In this document: positions 1 through 8,591 of the stretch, piece by piece | Layout of the letters: each line of letters begins with the position of its first letter | Numbering within the stretch: position 1 is the stretch's first letter | Origin: Magnetospirillum sp. | Lineage (GTDB): Bacteria > Pseudomonadota > Alphaproteobacteria > CACIAM-22H2 | Assembly: GCA_027532905.1 (NCBI GenBank) | Contig: JAPZUA010000001.1 | Span: 663,950-727,949, forward strand | Direction of reading: 5' to 3' | Length of the DNA stretch: 64,000 nt | Program-made: the position numbers and the translations under genes | Notes under the pieces: model-generated | What the model saw: only the letters and a program-made list of their open reading frames with translations | What the model was told of the DNA's origin: nothing | Databases searched by the model: none

Positions 1-746
1 CGGTTGCACACCGAATACTCGCGCGATATCTCGCCAAGCGGTGCAAGGTCCCAGTCCCACGCCGCATCGGCCGGCGGCGGGGCCACGCCGAACCATGCAT
101 CCTGCCGGTCGGTCTCCACACCGTTGCGGTCGAAAAAGCGGCGCTCGGCATCGCCCACGAGGCAGACCGATCCGGCAAAACGGCGCAGATGCGCAAGATG
201 GGCCGCCACAATGCGTGCGGCATAGGCGTCGCACAGGCTTTCGCTCCAGCCGCGCTTTTCCTCGAGCCACTCGGAGGCCGCCAACGGCAGTTGCGAAACC
301 AGATTGAGCGAAACGACGAAATCGACGCTTGGATCGTCGAGCCCGAAATCCGATTGCGGCTCGGGTAGATCGCCCGCCACGAGGCCTGCACCCACACCCG
401 TGAGATCGCACACGATGTGGCGCACATTGGGATAGCGCCGGGTACGCCAGCGCGTGGTGGGTAGATGCACAATGTCCACAAGATCGACGCGCGCAAAACG
501 GCTGGCGAGATGGTCGAGCGGCAGATCGGCCAGCAGGCCCGAGCCGAACACGAGGGCCGTGCGCCGCCTGGGTGCGGCATTGGCAGCCTCGGCCACGAAA
601 TTGCGCGTGTTGGCAAGATGCGGCGCCCACAGGCGCTTGCACCGGCCGAAACGCGACCACAGCCGCACGGCCCCTGCGCGATAGCCGATGCGTTCGACCC
701 ATTTTTCCGTGCGCATGCAGCGATAGAGCAGCATTTCGGCGAGCAT
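1..746 (-). CDS. Hypothetical protein, 5' part only (runs off the window start). Possible Rossmann/methyltransferase-like fold.
   Basis: Manual minus-strand translation of 1-746 gives a stop-free, GC3-rich frame (MLAEMLLYRCMRTEKWVERIGYRAGAV...ALVFGSGLLADLPLDHLASRFARVDLVDIVH...). The ATG at 746-744 shares one nt with the hrpB TGA stop (TGATG). The ORF tracker missed it because no stop lies inside the window. Confidence 0.45.
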   Translation of the reverse strand, partial: MLAEMLLYRCMRTEKWVERIGYRAGAVRLWSRFGRCKRLWAPHLANTRNFVAEAANAAPRRRTALVFGSGLLADLPLDHLASRFARVDLVDIVHLPTTRWRTRRYPNVRHIVCDLTGVGAGLVAGDLPEPQSDFGLDDPSVDFVVSLNLVSQLPLAASEWLEEKRGWSESLCDAYAARIVAAHLAHLRRFAGSVCLVGDAERRFFDRNGVETDRQDAWFGVAPPPADAAWDWDLAPLGEISREYSVCN

Positions 747-3244
747 CACGTCCCTCGCGGCTTGGCGCGCGCGGTGGGCAGTGCTGACAACGGATCGTCG
801 GGCCAGACATGTTTGGGATATTGGCCCTTGAGGTCGCGCTTGACCTCTTTGTAGCTGCCCGCCCAAAACCCCGCGAGATCCTTGGTCACCTGCACGGGCC
901 GACGTGCGGGGCTCAGCAAATGCAGCAATACAGGCACTTTGCCGTCGGCCAGGCGCGGCGTTTCGCGGCAGCCGAACATTTCCTGGAGCCGCACGGCCAA
1001 GACCGGCTCGTCGCCTGAATAGTCGAGTGCGAGCCGGTTGCCGGTTGGCACCTGCCAATGGGTGGGGGCGTGCGCATCGAGCCGCTTGCGCAACTGCCAG
1101 TCGAGTTGCGAGAGCAATGCCTCGTGAAGATCGATGTCGGCCAAATGGCTCGCGCGCGATGCTTTGCCCAAATATGGACCGAGCCAATCGTCGAGCGTTG
1201 CCAGCAGCGCTTCGTCCGAAAGGTCGGGCCATGTCGCTTCGTCGAGGCGGCGCAAAAACGCCACGCGTCGGCGCAAAGCATGGCACGCGTCGGTCCAAGG
1301 CAGGCGTGCAAGGCCCATCGCGCGCACGCCCGCGAGCATCGCCACACGCAACTCCTCGGGTGCGAGATCGCGCGCCGGGCGTTCGTCGAGCACGATCGCA
1401 CCCAACAGCCGCCGCTCGACCGCCGCCACGGCTTCCAGACGCGGCTGCCATTCGACGACGCGTTCGACCACGATGCGAGCGGCAAACGCCGCTTCGATCT
1501 CGGCCTTGGTCGTGGGCAAGGCTGCAAAGATGCGCGCCTCGCGCGCGGCTCCGTCGAGATCGGCCGCAACGATCCAGTCTTCAGCGGCAATGCTTTCAGG
1601 GGCTGCAAACGCCGCCCCGCGTCCGTTCGACAAGAGATAGCCGGGTGCGGTTCCGCCACGGCGCTTGCCGATACGGTCGGGATAGGCAAAGGCAAGCACA
1701 AGACCGGCCGACGCTTGGCTCTCGATCGCTGCACCCAGCCCCAAGCGCTTGCGCCAAACGCGCGCGGCTTCGCGCACGCGTGCGACAGCCGCTTTGTCGA
1801 TGCTCGCACCCGTCGGCAGGCGACTGTCGACGTCGCGCGCGAGGATCTCGAGCCGCACGCGCAGATCGGCTTCGCGGCAGCCGCGCAGAATGTCGCGCTC
1901 TTCGACGAGCGCCGCCAACTCCGCCGCCAGGGCCCCCTGCCCCACACGTTTGGCTTCGATCATCATGTGCGCAAGTCTCGGATGTGCCGCAAGCTCGGCC
2001 ATCGCGCGCCCATGCGCGGTGATTTTGCCCGCCGCATCCAGTGCGCCCAATTCGACCAGCAAGGACTGCGCTTGGGCAAACGCCGCTGCGGGCGGCGGAT
2101 CGAGCAAGGCCAGCGATGCCGGATCGGCAATCCCCCACGCCGCAAGTTCGAGAGCGAGCGGTGCGAGATCGGCGGCTGCGATTTCCGGCCGGTCGTAAAG
2201 CGCAAGCTGCCGATGCTCGGCCTCGCCCCACAGGCGCCAGCATGTGCCCGGCCCCACGCGGCCCGCACGCCCGCGCCGCTGCTCGGCTGAAGCCTGGCTC
2301 ACGCGCACCGTTTCGAGGCGCGACATGCCGCTGCGCGGATCGAATCGCGGCGCGCGCTTGAAGCCGCTGTCGACGACGATGCCCACCCCGTCGATGGTCA
2401 GCGACGTTTCCGCGATCGCAGTCGCCAGCACGATCTTGCGTCGGCCTGCAATGGCGGGCTGAATCGCGCGGTCCTGCGCTTCGGCCGACAGATCGCCGTA
2501 AAGCGGCAAAATGTCGTAGCCCGACCCAAGCCCGTCGAGCCGGTCGGCGACACGGCGGATTTCGGCGACACCGGGCAGGAAGGCCAACACGTCGCCCGGA
2601 TCGCGCGCGAGTGCCTGACGCACCGTACGCGCGGTCGCGTCCGCAAGGTCGCGGATCTCCGGGCGCGGCTGCCATTCGACGGCGACCGGAAAGGCGCGGC
2701 CATCGGCGCGCACGATTTGTGCCTCGCCCATGATGCGCGCCACGCCCACGCCGTCGAGCGTGGCCGACATCACCAGGAGCCGCAGATCGGGCCGCAGATT
2801 GGCTTGCGCATCGAGGGCGAGTGCGAGGCCCATATCGCTTTCGAGGCCGCGCTCGTGGAACTCGTCGAACAGCACGATCGCCACGTCTTCGAGCGCTGGA
2901 TCGTGCTGGATGCGGCGCGCGAAAATGCCGTCGGTGACGACCTCGATGCGCGTCGAGGACCCGATGCGGCTGTCCATGCGCACGCGATAGCCGACGGTTT
3001 CGCCGACCGCTTGGCCAAGCGTATGCGCCATGCGCCTTGCGGCCGCGCGTGCGGCAATGCGGCGCGGCTCGAGCATCACGATCTTGCGGCCCGCAATCCA
3101 GGGTGCCTCGAGCAAGGCGAGCGGAACGCGCGTGGTTTTGCCGGCCCCCGGCGGGGCTTCGAGAACGACGTTGGAATGAGCGGCGAGGGCGGCCAGCAAC
3201 GGGCCCATCGCAGCATCGATGGGCAAGGATGCCGTCACTCCCAT
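746..3244 (-). CDS. hrpB: ATP-dependent RNA helicase HrpB (DEAH-box family)
   Basis: 832-aa ORF. Walker A PPGAGKTTRVP and motif II DEFHER are present, followed by a HrpB-type C-terminal domain. The length matches HrpB. Confidence 0.9.
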   Translation of the reverse strand: MGVTASLPIDAAMGPLLAALAAHSNVVLEAPPGAGKTTRVPLALLEAPWIAGRKIVMLEPRRIAARAAARRMAHTLGQAVGETVGYRVRMDSRIGSSTRIEVVTDGIFARRIQHDPALEDVAIVLFDEFHERGLESDMGLALALDAQANLRPDLRLLVMSATLDGVGVARIMGEAQIVRADGRAFPVAVEWQPRPEIRDLADATARTVRQALARDPGDVLAFLPGVAEIRRVADRLDGLGSGYDILPLYGDLSAEAQDRAIQPAIAGRRKIVLATAIAETSLTIDGVGIVVDSGFKRAPRFDPRSGMSRLETVRVSQASAEQRRGRAGRVGPGTCWRLWGEAEHRQLALYDRPEIAAADLAPLALELAAWGIADPASLALLDPPPAAAFAQAQSLLVELGALDAAGKITAHGRAMAELAAHPRLAHMMIEAKRVGQGALAAELAALVEERDILRGCREADLRVRLEILARDVDSRLPTGASIDKAAVARVREAARVWRKRLGLGAAIESQASAGLVLAFAYPDRIGKRRGGTAPGYLLSNGRGAAFAAPESIAAEDWIVAADLDGAAREARIFAALPTTKAEIEAAFAARIVVERVVEWQPRLEAVAAVERRLLGAIVLDERPARDLAPEELRVAMLAGVRAMGLARLPWTDACHALRRRVAFLRRLDEATWPDLSDEALLATLDDWLGPYLGKASRASHLADIDLHEALLSQLDWQLRKRLDAHAPTHWQVPTGNRLALDYSGDEPVLAVRLQEMFGCRETPRLADGKVPVLLHLLSPARRPVQVTKDLAGFWAGSYKEVKRDLKGQYPKHVWPDDPLSALPTARAKPRGT

Positions 3245-3528
3245 AACGGGGCTCCGGGCAATTGGCGGCGCACGCGCGCCACCGCCTCCGGCTTCAGCCC
3301 GGCCGCTTGCGCAAAAGCCACGAGCAAGGCTTCGTTTTCGAGCACGAAATCGAGCACACCGCCCAAGAAGGCGGGCTCGGAAGCGCGCGCGCGCAATTCG
3401 TCGACCGACAGCCCCGCAAGCCCCATGAAGCGCGCAAGATGGTCCTCCTCGCTTGCAAGCCAGGCGAGCGCTTGCAGGGCGATGGTCTCGGCGTTCTCGG
3501 CCGCTGGATTGGACTGGCGAATCGGCAT
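3235..3528 (-). CDS. DUF3572-family small protein
   Basis: The 127-aa ORF is trimmed to the internal ATG (MPIRQSNPAAENAET...GAPLWE), so it no longer overlaps the methyltransferase gene. GC3-rich. This conserved small protein sits next to hrpB in alphaproteobacteria. Confidence 0.55.
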   Translation of the reverse strand: MPIRQSNPAAENAETIALQALAWLASEEDHLARFMGLAGLSVDELRARASEPAFLGGVLDFVLENEALLVAFAQAAGLKPEAVARVRRQLPGAPLWE

Positions 3529-3535
3529 GGCGCGA

Positions 3536-4369
3536 CTATAGCGCCACAAACAGCCGATACGCACTTTGGCCGCGCGCATAAAGCCGTTCGAGCGCCAAAC
3601 CGCCGCGATGCGAGGCAAGGACGGCGCGCAGACCCGCGTGCGGTGCCAGGGCGCAAGCGGCCGTATTGAGCAAGCTCAAGGCAGCGCGCTGCCAGGTACG
3701 GCGCTGGCGGATGCGGGCCGTGAGATCGACATCGCGCGCGACCCGCAACCCCGCTTGCGCGAACGCCGCCAGCCAAGTTGCGTGCGGCACGAAGCTCGGC
3801 ACCTGCCAGCCCGCCCTGAACAAGGCCGCATCGCCTGCATCGGCCGCCGGATCGGCAACATCGTCCACGACCACCAGCCGACCGCCGGGGGCAAGGCTCT
3901 TGGCGAGATTGGCGATGCTGGCGGCAAGATCGGGCGCGTGCGCGAGCGATTCGATCGCGACGATCGCGTCGAACGCGTGCGGCGGCAGAGGGCCGTCGAA
4001 ACTTGCGACTTGGAAGCGGCAGCGTTCCTCGAGCCCGGCTTTGCGCGCATTGTCGCTTGCCGTCTGTACTTGGCTCGCCGACACGGCAATGCCGTCGCAC
4101 TGCGCGCCGCGTCGGTGCGCGAAATAGAGGCTCGTCCCGCCCAGACCGCAGCCCGCATCGAGCAGGCGGTGCAACGCGGCGGGGCCGAGTTCGGCATCGA
4201 TCAGGCCATGCACGACCTCGAACGGAGACTCGCCAGTTTTGGTCGGGCGCAAGGCGCGATGCACGGTGGCGGCGCCATAGCCCGCATCCGACCCAAGCCA
4301 GCGCGCCAAGCGTGCATAGAGGGTCAGGCGGTCGTAATAGCGGTCGAGCGAAAGGTTGGGGCTGGACAT
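3536..4369 (-). CDS. Class I SAM-dependent methyltransferase
   Basis: Motif I LDAGCGLGG with a downstream acidic motif and PGGRLVV (motif III). Start taken at the MSSPNLS ATG (4369). The upstream ATG at 4387 is also possible. Confidence 0.6.
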   Translation of the reverse strand: MSSPNLSLDRYYDRLTLYARLARWLGSDAGYGAATVHRALRPTKTGESPFEVVHGLIDAELGPAALHRLLDAGCGLGGTSLYFAHRRGAQCDGIAVSASQVQTASDNARKAGLEERCRFQVASFDGPLPPHAFDAIVAIESLAHAPDLAASIANLAKSLAPGGRLVVVDDVADPAADAGDAALFRAGWQVPSFVPHATWLAAFAQAGLRVARDVDLTARIRQRRTWQRAALSLLNTAACALAPHAGLRAVLASHRGGLALERLYARGQSAYRLFVAL

Positions 4370-4398
4370 TCTGGGATTCCGTCGCATCTATATGCCTT

Positions 4399-4596
4399 AT
4401 GCCCCGTTTTCGCTCCACCTTCGCGTTCGTCGCGATCCTCGTATTCCTGGCCGTCTATATCTGGCTTGCGGCCACGCTCGGCGACTGGCTGCCGGACCAT
4501 TGGGCGATCGATCTGGCGTTCTATCTGGTCGCTGGGATCGCCTGGGTTCCGGTTGCAGGCCGCATCTTGCAGTGGGGGGCACGCAGCCCTTCGTGA
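4399..4596 (+). CDS. DUF2842-like small integral membrane protein (65 aa)
   Basis: MPRFRSTFAFVAILVFLAVYIWLAATLGDWLPDHWAIDLAFYLVAGIAWVPVAGRILQWG. Two predicted TM helices, GC3-rich frame, ends 15 nt before the RibD_C-like gene. Confidence 0.5.
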   Translation: MPRFRSTFAFVAILVFLAVYIWLAATLGDWLPDHWAIDLAFYLVAGIAWVPVAGRILQWGARSPS

Positions 4597-4610
4597 TAGC
4601 CTCCATTCCC

Positions 4611-5465
4611 ATGCTTGCCACGCCCGCCATTCGCCCTGCTCCGCGCCCGCTCGATGCCGATGCCGCCTGGCAGCTGGTGCTGGCGCTGAACAAGGCTGCC
4701 GACGGTGACGTCGGGCGCGCCGGCCCCCTCGCGATGGCCGAAGACGGCGGTTGGCAATGTGCCGGCCCCTTCACGCCGGCCGCACAAAGCATTTTCGACA
4801 TCTATGTGCCGCTCTTGGCCGCCCGTGTGCGCACCGCGCGCACCCAGGTCGTGGCACTGCTCGGCCAAAGCCTCGACGGGCGCATCGCGACTTTGTCCGG
4901 CCATTCGCACTATGTGAACTGCGATGCGGCCCTCTTGCATCTGCACCGCATGCGCGCCCTCGCCGATGCAGTGATCGTGGGCGCGGGCACGGTCGCCCTC
5001 GACGATCCGCAACTCACCGTGCGCCGCTGTGCAGGGCAGACGCGCTTGCGCGTCGTCGTCGATCCGGATGGACGTGCGCCGGCCGCGCGCCGCATCTTTG
5101 CGAACCCAACGCCGCCGACGCTGCTGGCACGCTGCGGTCCCGGCCCCGTCTGCGGCAGGGCCGAAACGCTTGAGCTGCCGCGCGTCGCCGAGGGCGTGGA
5201 TATCGACGCGCTGCTGGCGGCATTGTACGCACGCGGCGTGCGCCTTGCCTTGGTCGAAGGCGGCGGCAAGACGGTTTCGCAATTCATGGCTGCCGGCCGC
5301 GTCGATCGGCTGCAGCTTGCCATCGCGCCGCTCGTGATCGGCTCGGGGCGGCCGTCGATCCAACTGCCGCCGATCGAGCGGCTCGACGACGCGCTGCGCC
5401 CGCCCACACGGCGCTTTTCTCTGGGCGAGGACACGCTGTTCGAGTGCCAACTGCGCGATGGCTGA
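4611..5465 (+). CDS. RibD C-terminal-domain / dihydrofolate-reductase-like reductase
   Basis: LGQSLDGRIA...HxxRxxxDAVIVGAGT and LALVEGGGKT...AIAPLVIGSG are hallmarks of the RibD_C/DHFR-like fold. Start trimmed to MLATPAIRP (4611). Confidence 0.7.
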   Translation: MLATPAIRPAPRPLDADAAWQLVLALNKAADGDVGRAGPLAMAEDGGWQCAGPFTPAAQSIFDIYVPLLAARVRTARTQVVALLGQSLDGRIATLSGHSHYVNCDAALLHLHRMRALADAVIVGAGTVALDDPQLTVRRCAGQTRLRVVVDPDGRAPAARRIFANPTPPTLLARCGPGPVCGRAETLELPRVAEGVDIDALLAALYARGVRLALVEGGGKTVSQFMAAGRVDRLQLAIAPLVIGSGRPSIQLPPIERLDDALRPPTRRFSLGEDTLFECQLRDG

Positions 5466-6420
5466 GGCCGCCGCTTTGTGGGTAACAGGCCCCGGCGAGT
5501 GCGAAATACGCCGCACGACGCTGCCATCCCTCGCGCCCGGCCATGTGCGCGTGCGCGCAAAATTCAGCGGCATCAGCCGCGGCACGGAACGGCTCGTGTT
5601 CGAAGGTCGCGTGCCGCCTTCTGAATATGCGCGCATGCGCGCACCCTTCCAGGACGGCGATCTGCCGGGGGCCGTGAAATACGGCTACTGTATGGTCGGC
5701 ACGATCGAAGCGGGCAATTCTTCGCGCATCGGCGAAAACGTCTTTGTGCTGCATCCGCATCAAGATGTCTTCGACGTGCCTGCCGATGCCGTCTTGCCGC
5801 TTCCTGCAAACCTGAAGCTGCAGGCGGCGCCTCTCGCCGCCCATCTCGAGACCGCCCTCAACGCGCTGTGGGACTATCCCGCGCGCATCGGCGACCGTGT
5901 CGCGATCGTGGGCCTCGGCGCCGTCGGGCTTTGCCTTGCAAAGCTGCTCGCACCCACGCCCGGCATCGAACTTTACGGCCTCGATCCGTCGGAGGCCGCA
6001 CGCGCGCGTGGTGGGCTCCAAGACGATTGCCCCGGCGGATGCCATCTGGTGTTCCATTGTTCGGGCAGCGAGGCGGGACTTGCGCAAGCGATCGAGCTCG
6101 CGGGCTTCGAAGCGACGATCGTCGAAATGTCGTGGTACGGCGAAGCCGCACCGCGCGTGCCGCTCGGCGGCGCCTTTCATTCGCAGCGCCTGACGCTGGC
6201 AGCAAGCCAAGTCGGCAGTATCGCGACCGCGCGCCGCGCGCATTATCGCTACGGCACGCGTTTGGCGCTCGCATTGCGCCTGCTGGCCGAACCTGCGTTC
6301 CAACTCGATCTGGGCACAGCCACGCGCTTTGCCGATCTCCCCGCAAATTATGCGCGGCTGCTTTCCGCACCCAATGCCTCGCCCTTGCCGCTCGTCGCTT
6401 ATGGAGATGTCGATGTATAG
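5458..6420 (+). CDS. Medium-chain dehydrogenase/reductase (Zn-dependent alcohol dehydrogenase family)
   Basis: GYCMVG (nucleotide-binding region) and GLGAVGL (Rossmann GxGxxG) place it in the MDR fold. The ATG overlaps the upstream stop by 8 nt (ATGGCTGA). Confidence 0.75.
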   Translation: MAEAAALWVTGPGECEIRRTTLPSLAPGHVRVRAKFSGISRGTERLVFEGRVPPSEYARMRAPFQDGDLPGAVKYGYCMVGTIEAGNSSRIGENVFVLHPHQDVFDVPADAVLPLPANLKLQAAPLAAHLETALNALWDYPARIGDRVAIVGLGAVGLCLAKLLAPTPGIELYGLDPSEAARARGGLQDDCPGGCHLVFHCSGSEAGLAQAIELAGFEATIVEMSWYGEAAPRVPLGGAFHSQRLTLAASQVGSIATARRAHYRYGTRLALALRLLAEPAFQLDLGTATRFADLPANYARLLSAPNASPLPLVAYGDVDV

Positions 6421-6817
6421 CCTCACCGTCCAAGACCACATCATGATCGCGCATTCTTTCAAGGGCGAGATTTTCGGGCCTGCCCAGCGCGTGCACGGGG
6501 CGACCTTCGTGGTCGAGTGGGAATTGCGCCGCGCGACCCTCGACCGCTACGGCCTCATCGCCGATATCGGCCTCATGCGCCAATTGCTGCGCGCCGCCCT
6601 CGACGATCTCGACTACCGCAATCTCGACGACGTCGAACCGCTCAAAGACACGAACACCACGACCGAGTTTCTGGCGGGCCTCGTCTTCGAACTTCTCAAA
6701 GGCAAGATCGCGGCCGACGCACTCGGCCCCCAGACGGCCGGTTTGTTTCCGAGCATGAAGATCACGTTGCGCGAATCGCCGGTTGCGTGGGCAGCCTACG
6801 AGGCCAGCCTGTCTTGA
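6401..6817 (+). CDS. 6-pyruvoyl-tetrahydropterin synthase (PTPS/QueD) fold protein, divergent
   Basis: YSLTVQDHIMIAHSFKGEIFGPAQRVHGATF...LIADIG resembles the COG0720 PTPS/QueD fold. The canonical Cys and HGH Zn motif are not obvious. Starts at 6401 (MEMSMYS) or 6413, overlapping the dehydrogenase stop. Confidence 0.65.
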   Translation: MEMSMYSLTVQDHIMIAHSFKGEIFGPAQRVHGATFVVEWELRRATLDRYGLIADIGLMRQLLRAALDDLDYRNLDDVEPLKDTNTTTEFLAGLVFELLKGKIAADALGPQTAGLFPSMKITLRESPVAWAAYEASLS

Positions 6818-7827
6818 GCGTAAGCCTGCGTTTGGCCATCCCCGGGCCGCTCGACCAAGCGACCGGCGGCTATCGCTACGCAGCCGCCATGGTTGCGGCG
6901 TGGCGTAAACAAGGCCATCGCGTCGCGGTCGAAGAACTTGCCGGTACCTATCCCGTATGCGACGACGCCGCGCGCAAAGCCGCGAAGGCCTGCATCGCGC
7001 GCGCGCGCGGCGACGAAACGCTGCTGATCGACGGGCTTGCTTTGCCGGCGTTCGACGGACTCGCCTTGTCCAAGCGCACGGTTGCCCTCATCCACCACCC
7101 GCTCGGCCTCGAAACGGGATTGGAACCGACTGTCGCGCGCGCCTGGCTCGCAGCCGAGACAACGCGTCTTGCGAAGATTGCTGCGGTCGTCGCCACGAGT
7201 GCGGCCACACGCCGCGATCTGGTCACGATGGGCGTGGACGGCGCCAAGATCGCGGTCGTGGAGCCAGGTACGGCGACCGCACGCACAAAGCTTGCGCGGC
7301 GCGGCAAACCAACCGTGCTGTGCGTCGCCACACTCACGCCGCGCAAAGACCATGTGGCCTTGCTGCGCGCTCTGGCCCACGTGCGCGACATCGCATGGCG
7401 CGCGGATTTTGTCGGCGCCACCGACCGCGACCCGGCCTGTGCCGCGCGCGTGCGCAGCGAAATCGCGCGCCTGCGCTTGGGCCACCGCGTGCGGCTTGCG
7501 GGCACGCGCAGTGCCAACGCACTCGGCCGCCATTACGCATCGGCGCATCTGTTTGCCCTCGCCTCGCGCCACGAAGGCTACGGCATGGCGTTCGCCGAAG
7601 CGCTAGCACATCGCCTGCCCGTCGTTGGCCTCGCAGCAGGAGCGGTACCCAGCGTCGTGCCCGCGCGCGCAGGCATTCTCGCACCACCGGGCCAAGTTGC
7701 ACTCCTCGGCCGCGCCTTGCGCCGCTTGCTGGGGCCGCAGCGTCGGCGCTATGCGCGCAATGCCACCACTTTGCATTTTCCCGAGTGGCCGCAACAGGCC
7801 GCACGTCTATGGGCGTGCCTACGATGA
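6814..7827 (+). CDS. Glycosyltransferase family 1 (GT4-like)
   Basis: The C-terminal half carries the GT1 sugar-donor motif (HLFALASRHEGYGMAFAEALAHRLPVVG; E-x7-E type). Proposed TTG start at 6814 overlapping the PTPS stop (TTGA). Later ATG starts would truncate the N-domain. Confidence 0.65.
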   Translation: MSVSLRLAIPGPLDQATGGYRYAAAMVAAWRKQGHRVAVEELAGTYPVCDDAARKAAKACIARARGDETLLIDGLALPAFDGLALSKRTVALIHHPLGLETGLEPTVARAWLAAETTRLAKIAAVVATSAATRRDLVTMGVDGAKIAVVEPGTATARTKLARRGKPTVLCVATLTPRKDHVALLRALAHVRDIAWRADFVGATDRDPACAARVRSEIARLRLGHRVRLAGTRSANALGRHYASAHLFALASRHEGYGMAFAEALAHRLPVVGLAAGAVPSVVPARAGILAPPGQVALLGRALRRLLGPQRRRYARNATTLHFPEWPQQAARLWACLR

Positions 7828-8591
7828 GCGATTTCTCCGCCGATTGGCTCGCTCTTCGCGCGCCCGCCGATGCTGCCGCGCGCAGCCGAAAACTCGCGCG
7901 CGCGTTTGCAAAAGCGCTCAGGCGCCGCGCATGCGTCGCCGATCTGGGATCGGGTACCGGAGCCATGATGCGCTGGCTTGGCCCGCTGCTGCCGCCGCAC
8001 GCACGCTGGCGCTTGGTCGAAGGCGATGCACGCTTGCTCGCCCAAGCCCCAGTGCGCGCGCAGAAAATCCGCCGCAGCCTTGGCGCAAAATTGCCGCACG
8101 CTGACGCCTACGTGTCGAGCGCCCTGATCGATCTTGTCGGCGCCGCATGGCTGCACAAACTGCTGCGCGCCGCGCGCGGCAAACCCTTGCTGATGGGCCT
8201 CGCCGTCGACGGGCGCCACGAACTTGCCCCAAAGCATCGCGACGATGCGGCCCTGTTCGCAGGCTTTGCGCGCCACCAGTGCCGCTTCAAAGGCCTCGGC
8301 CCGGCACTCGGCGGTGCGGCACCTGCAGCGCTGGCACAGCTTGCGGCTCGTGCGGGCTATCGCGTCGAACTTGCGGCGAGCGACTGGCAGCTGCCGAGCG
8401 GGAAGCTGCTCGAAGCCACACTCGACGGCATTGCGGCGGCTGCCTGCGAAGCCGATCCGTCGCTCGACCTAAAGGATTGGCGGCGCGTGCGCGCACGCCA
8501 ATTGGCGGCGGGCCAACTCACGCTGAAGGTTGGCCACCGCGATCTGTTTGCCGTTCGGCATAGACGTCGCCCGATTTGTCGTCCGGGCTGA
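7824..8591 (+). CDS. Class I SAM-dependent methyltransferase
   Basis: Motif I VADLGSGTGAMMRWL. The ATG overlaps the GT1 stop (ATGA). The last ~25 codons overlap the convergent gene and look low-complexity, so the true stop may lie earlier. Confidence 0.6.
   Translation: MSDFSADWLALRAPADAAARSRKLARAFAKALRRRACVADLGSGTGAMMRWLGPLLPPHARWRLVEGDARLLAQAPVRAQKIRRSLGAKLPHADAYVSSALIDLVGAAWLHKLLRAARGKPLLMGLAVDGRHELAPKHRDDAALFAGFARHQCRFKGLGPALGGAAPAALAQLAARAGYRVELAASDWQLPSGKLLEATLDGIAAAACEADPSLDLKDWRRVRARQLAAGQLTLKVGHRDLFAVRHRRRPICRPG

Noticed and set aside
904-2675. Numerous 100-400-aa ORFs on both strands inside hrpB (e.g. 904-2022 +, 1058-2290 +, 1596-2675 -)
   Set aside because: Extremely Arg/Ala/Pro-rich translations typical of off-frame reading in high-GC DNA. 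hrpB accounts for the region.
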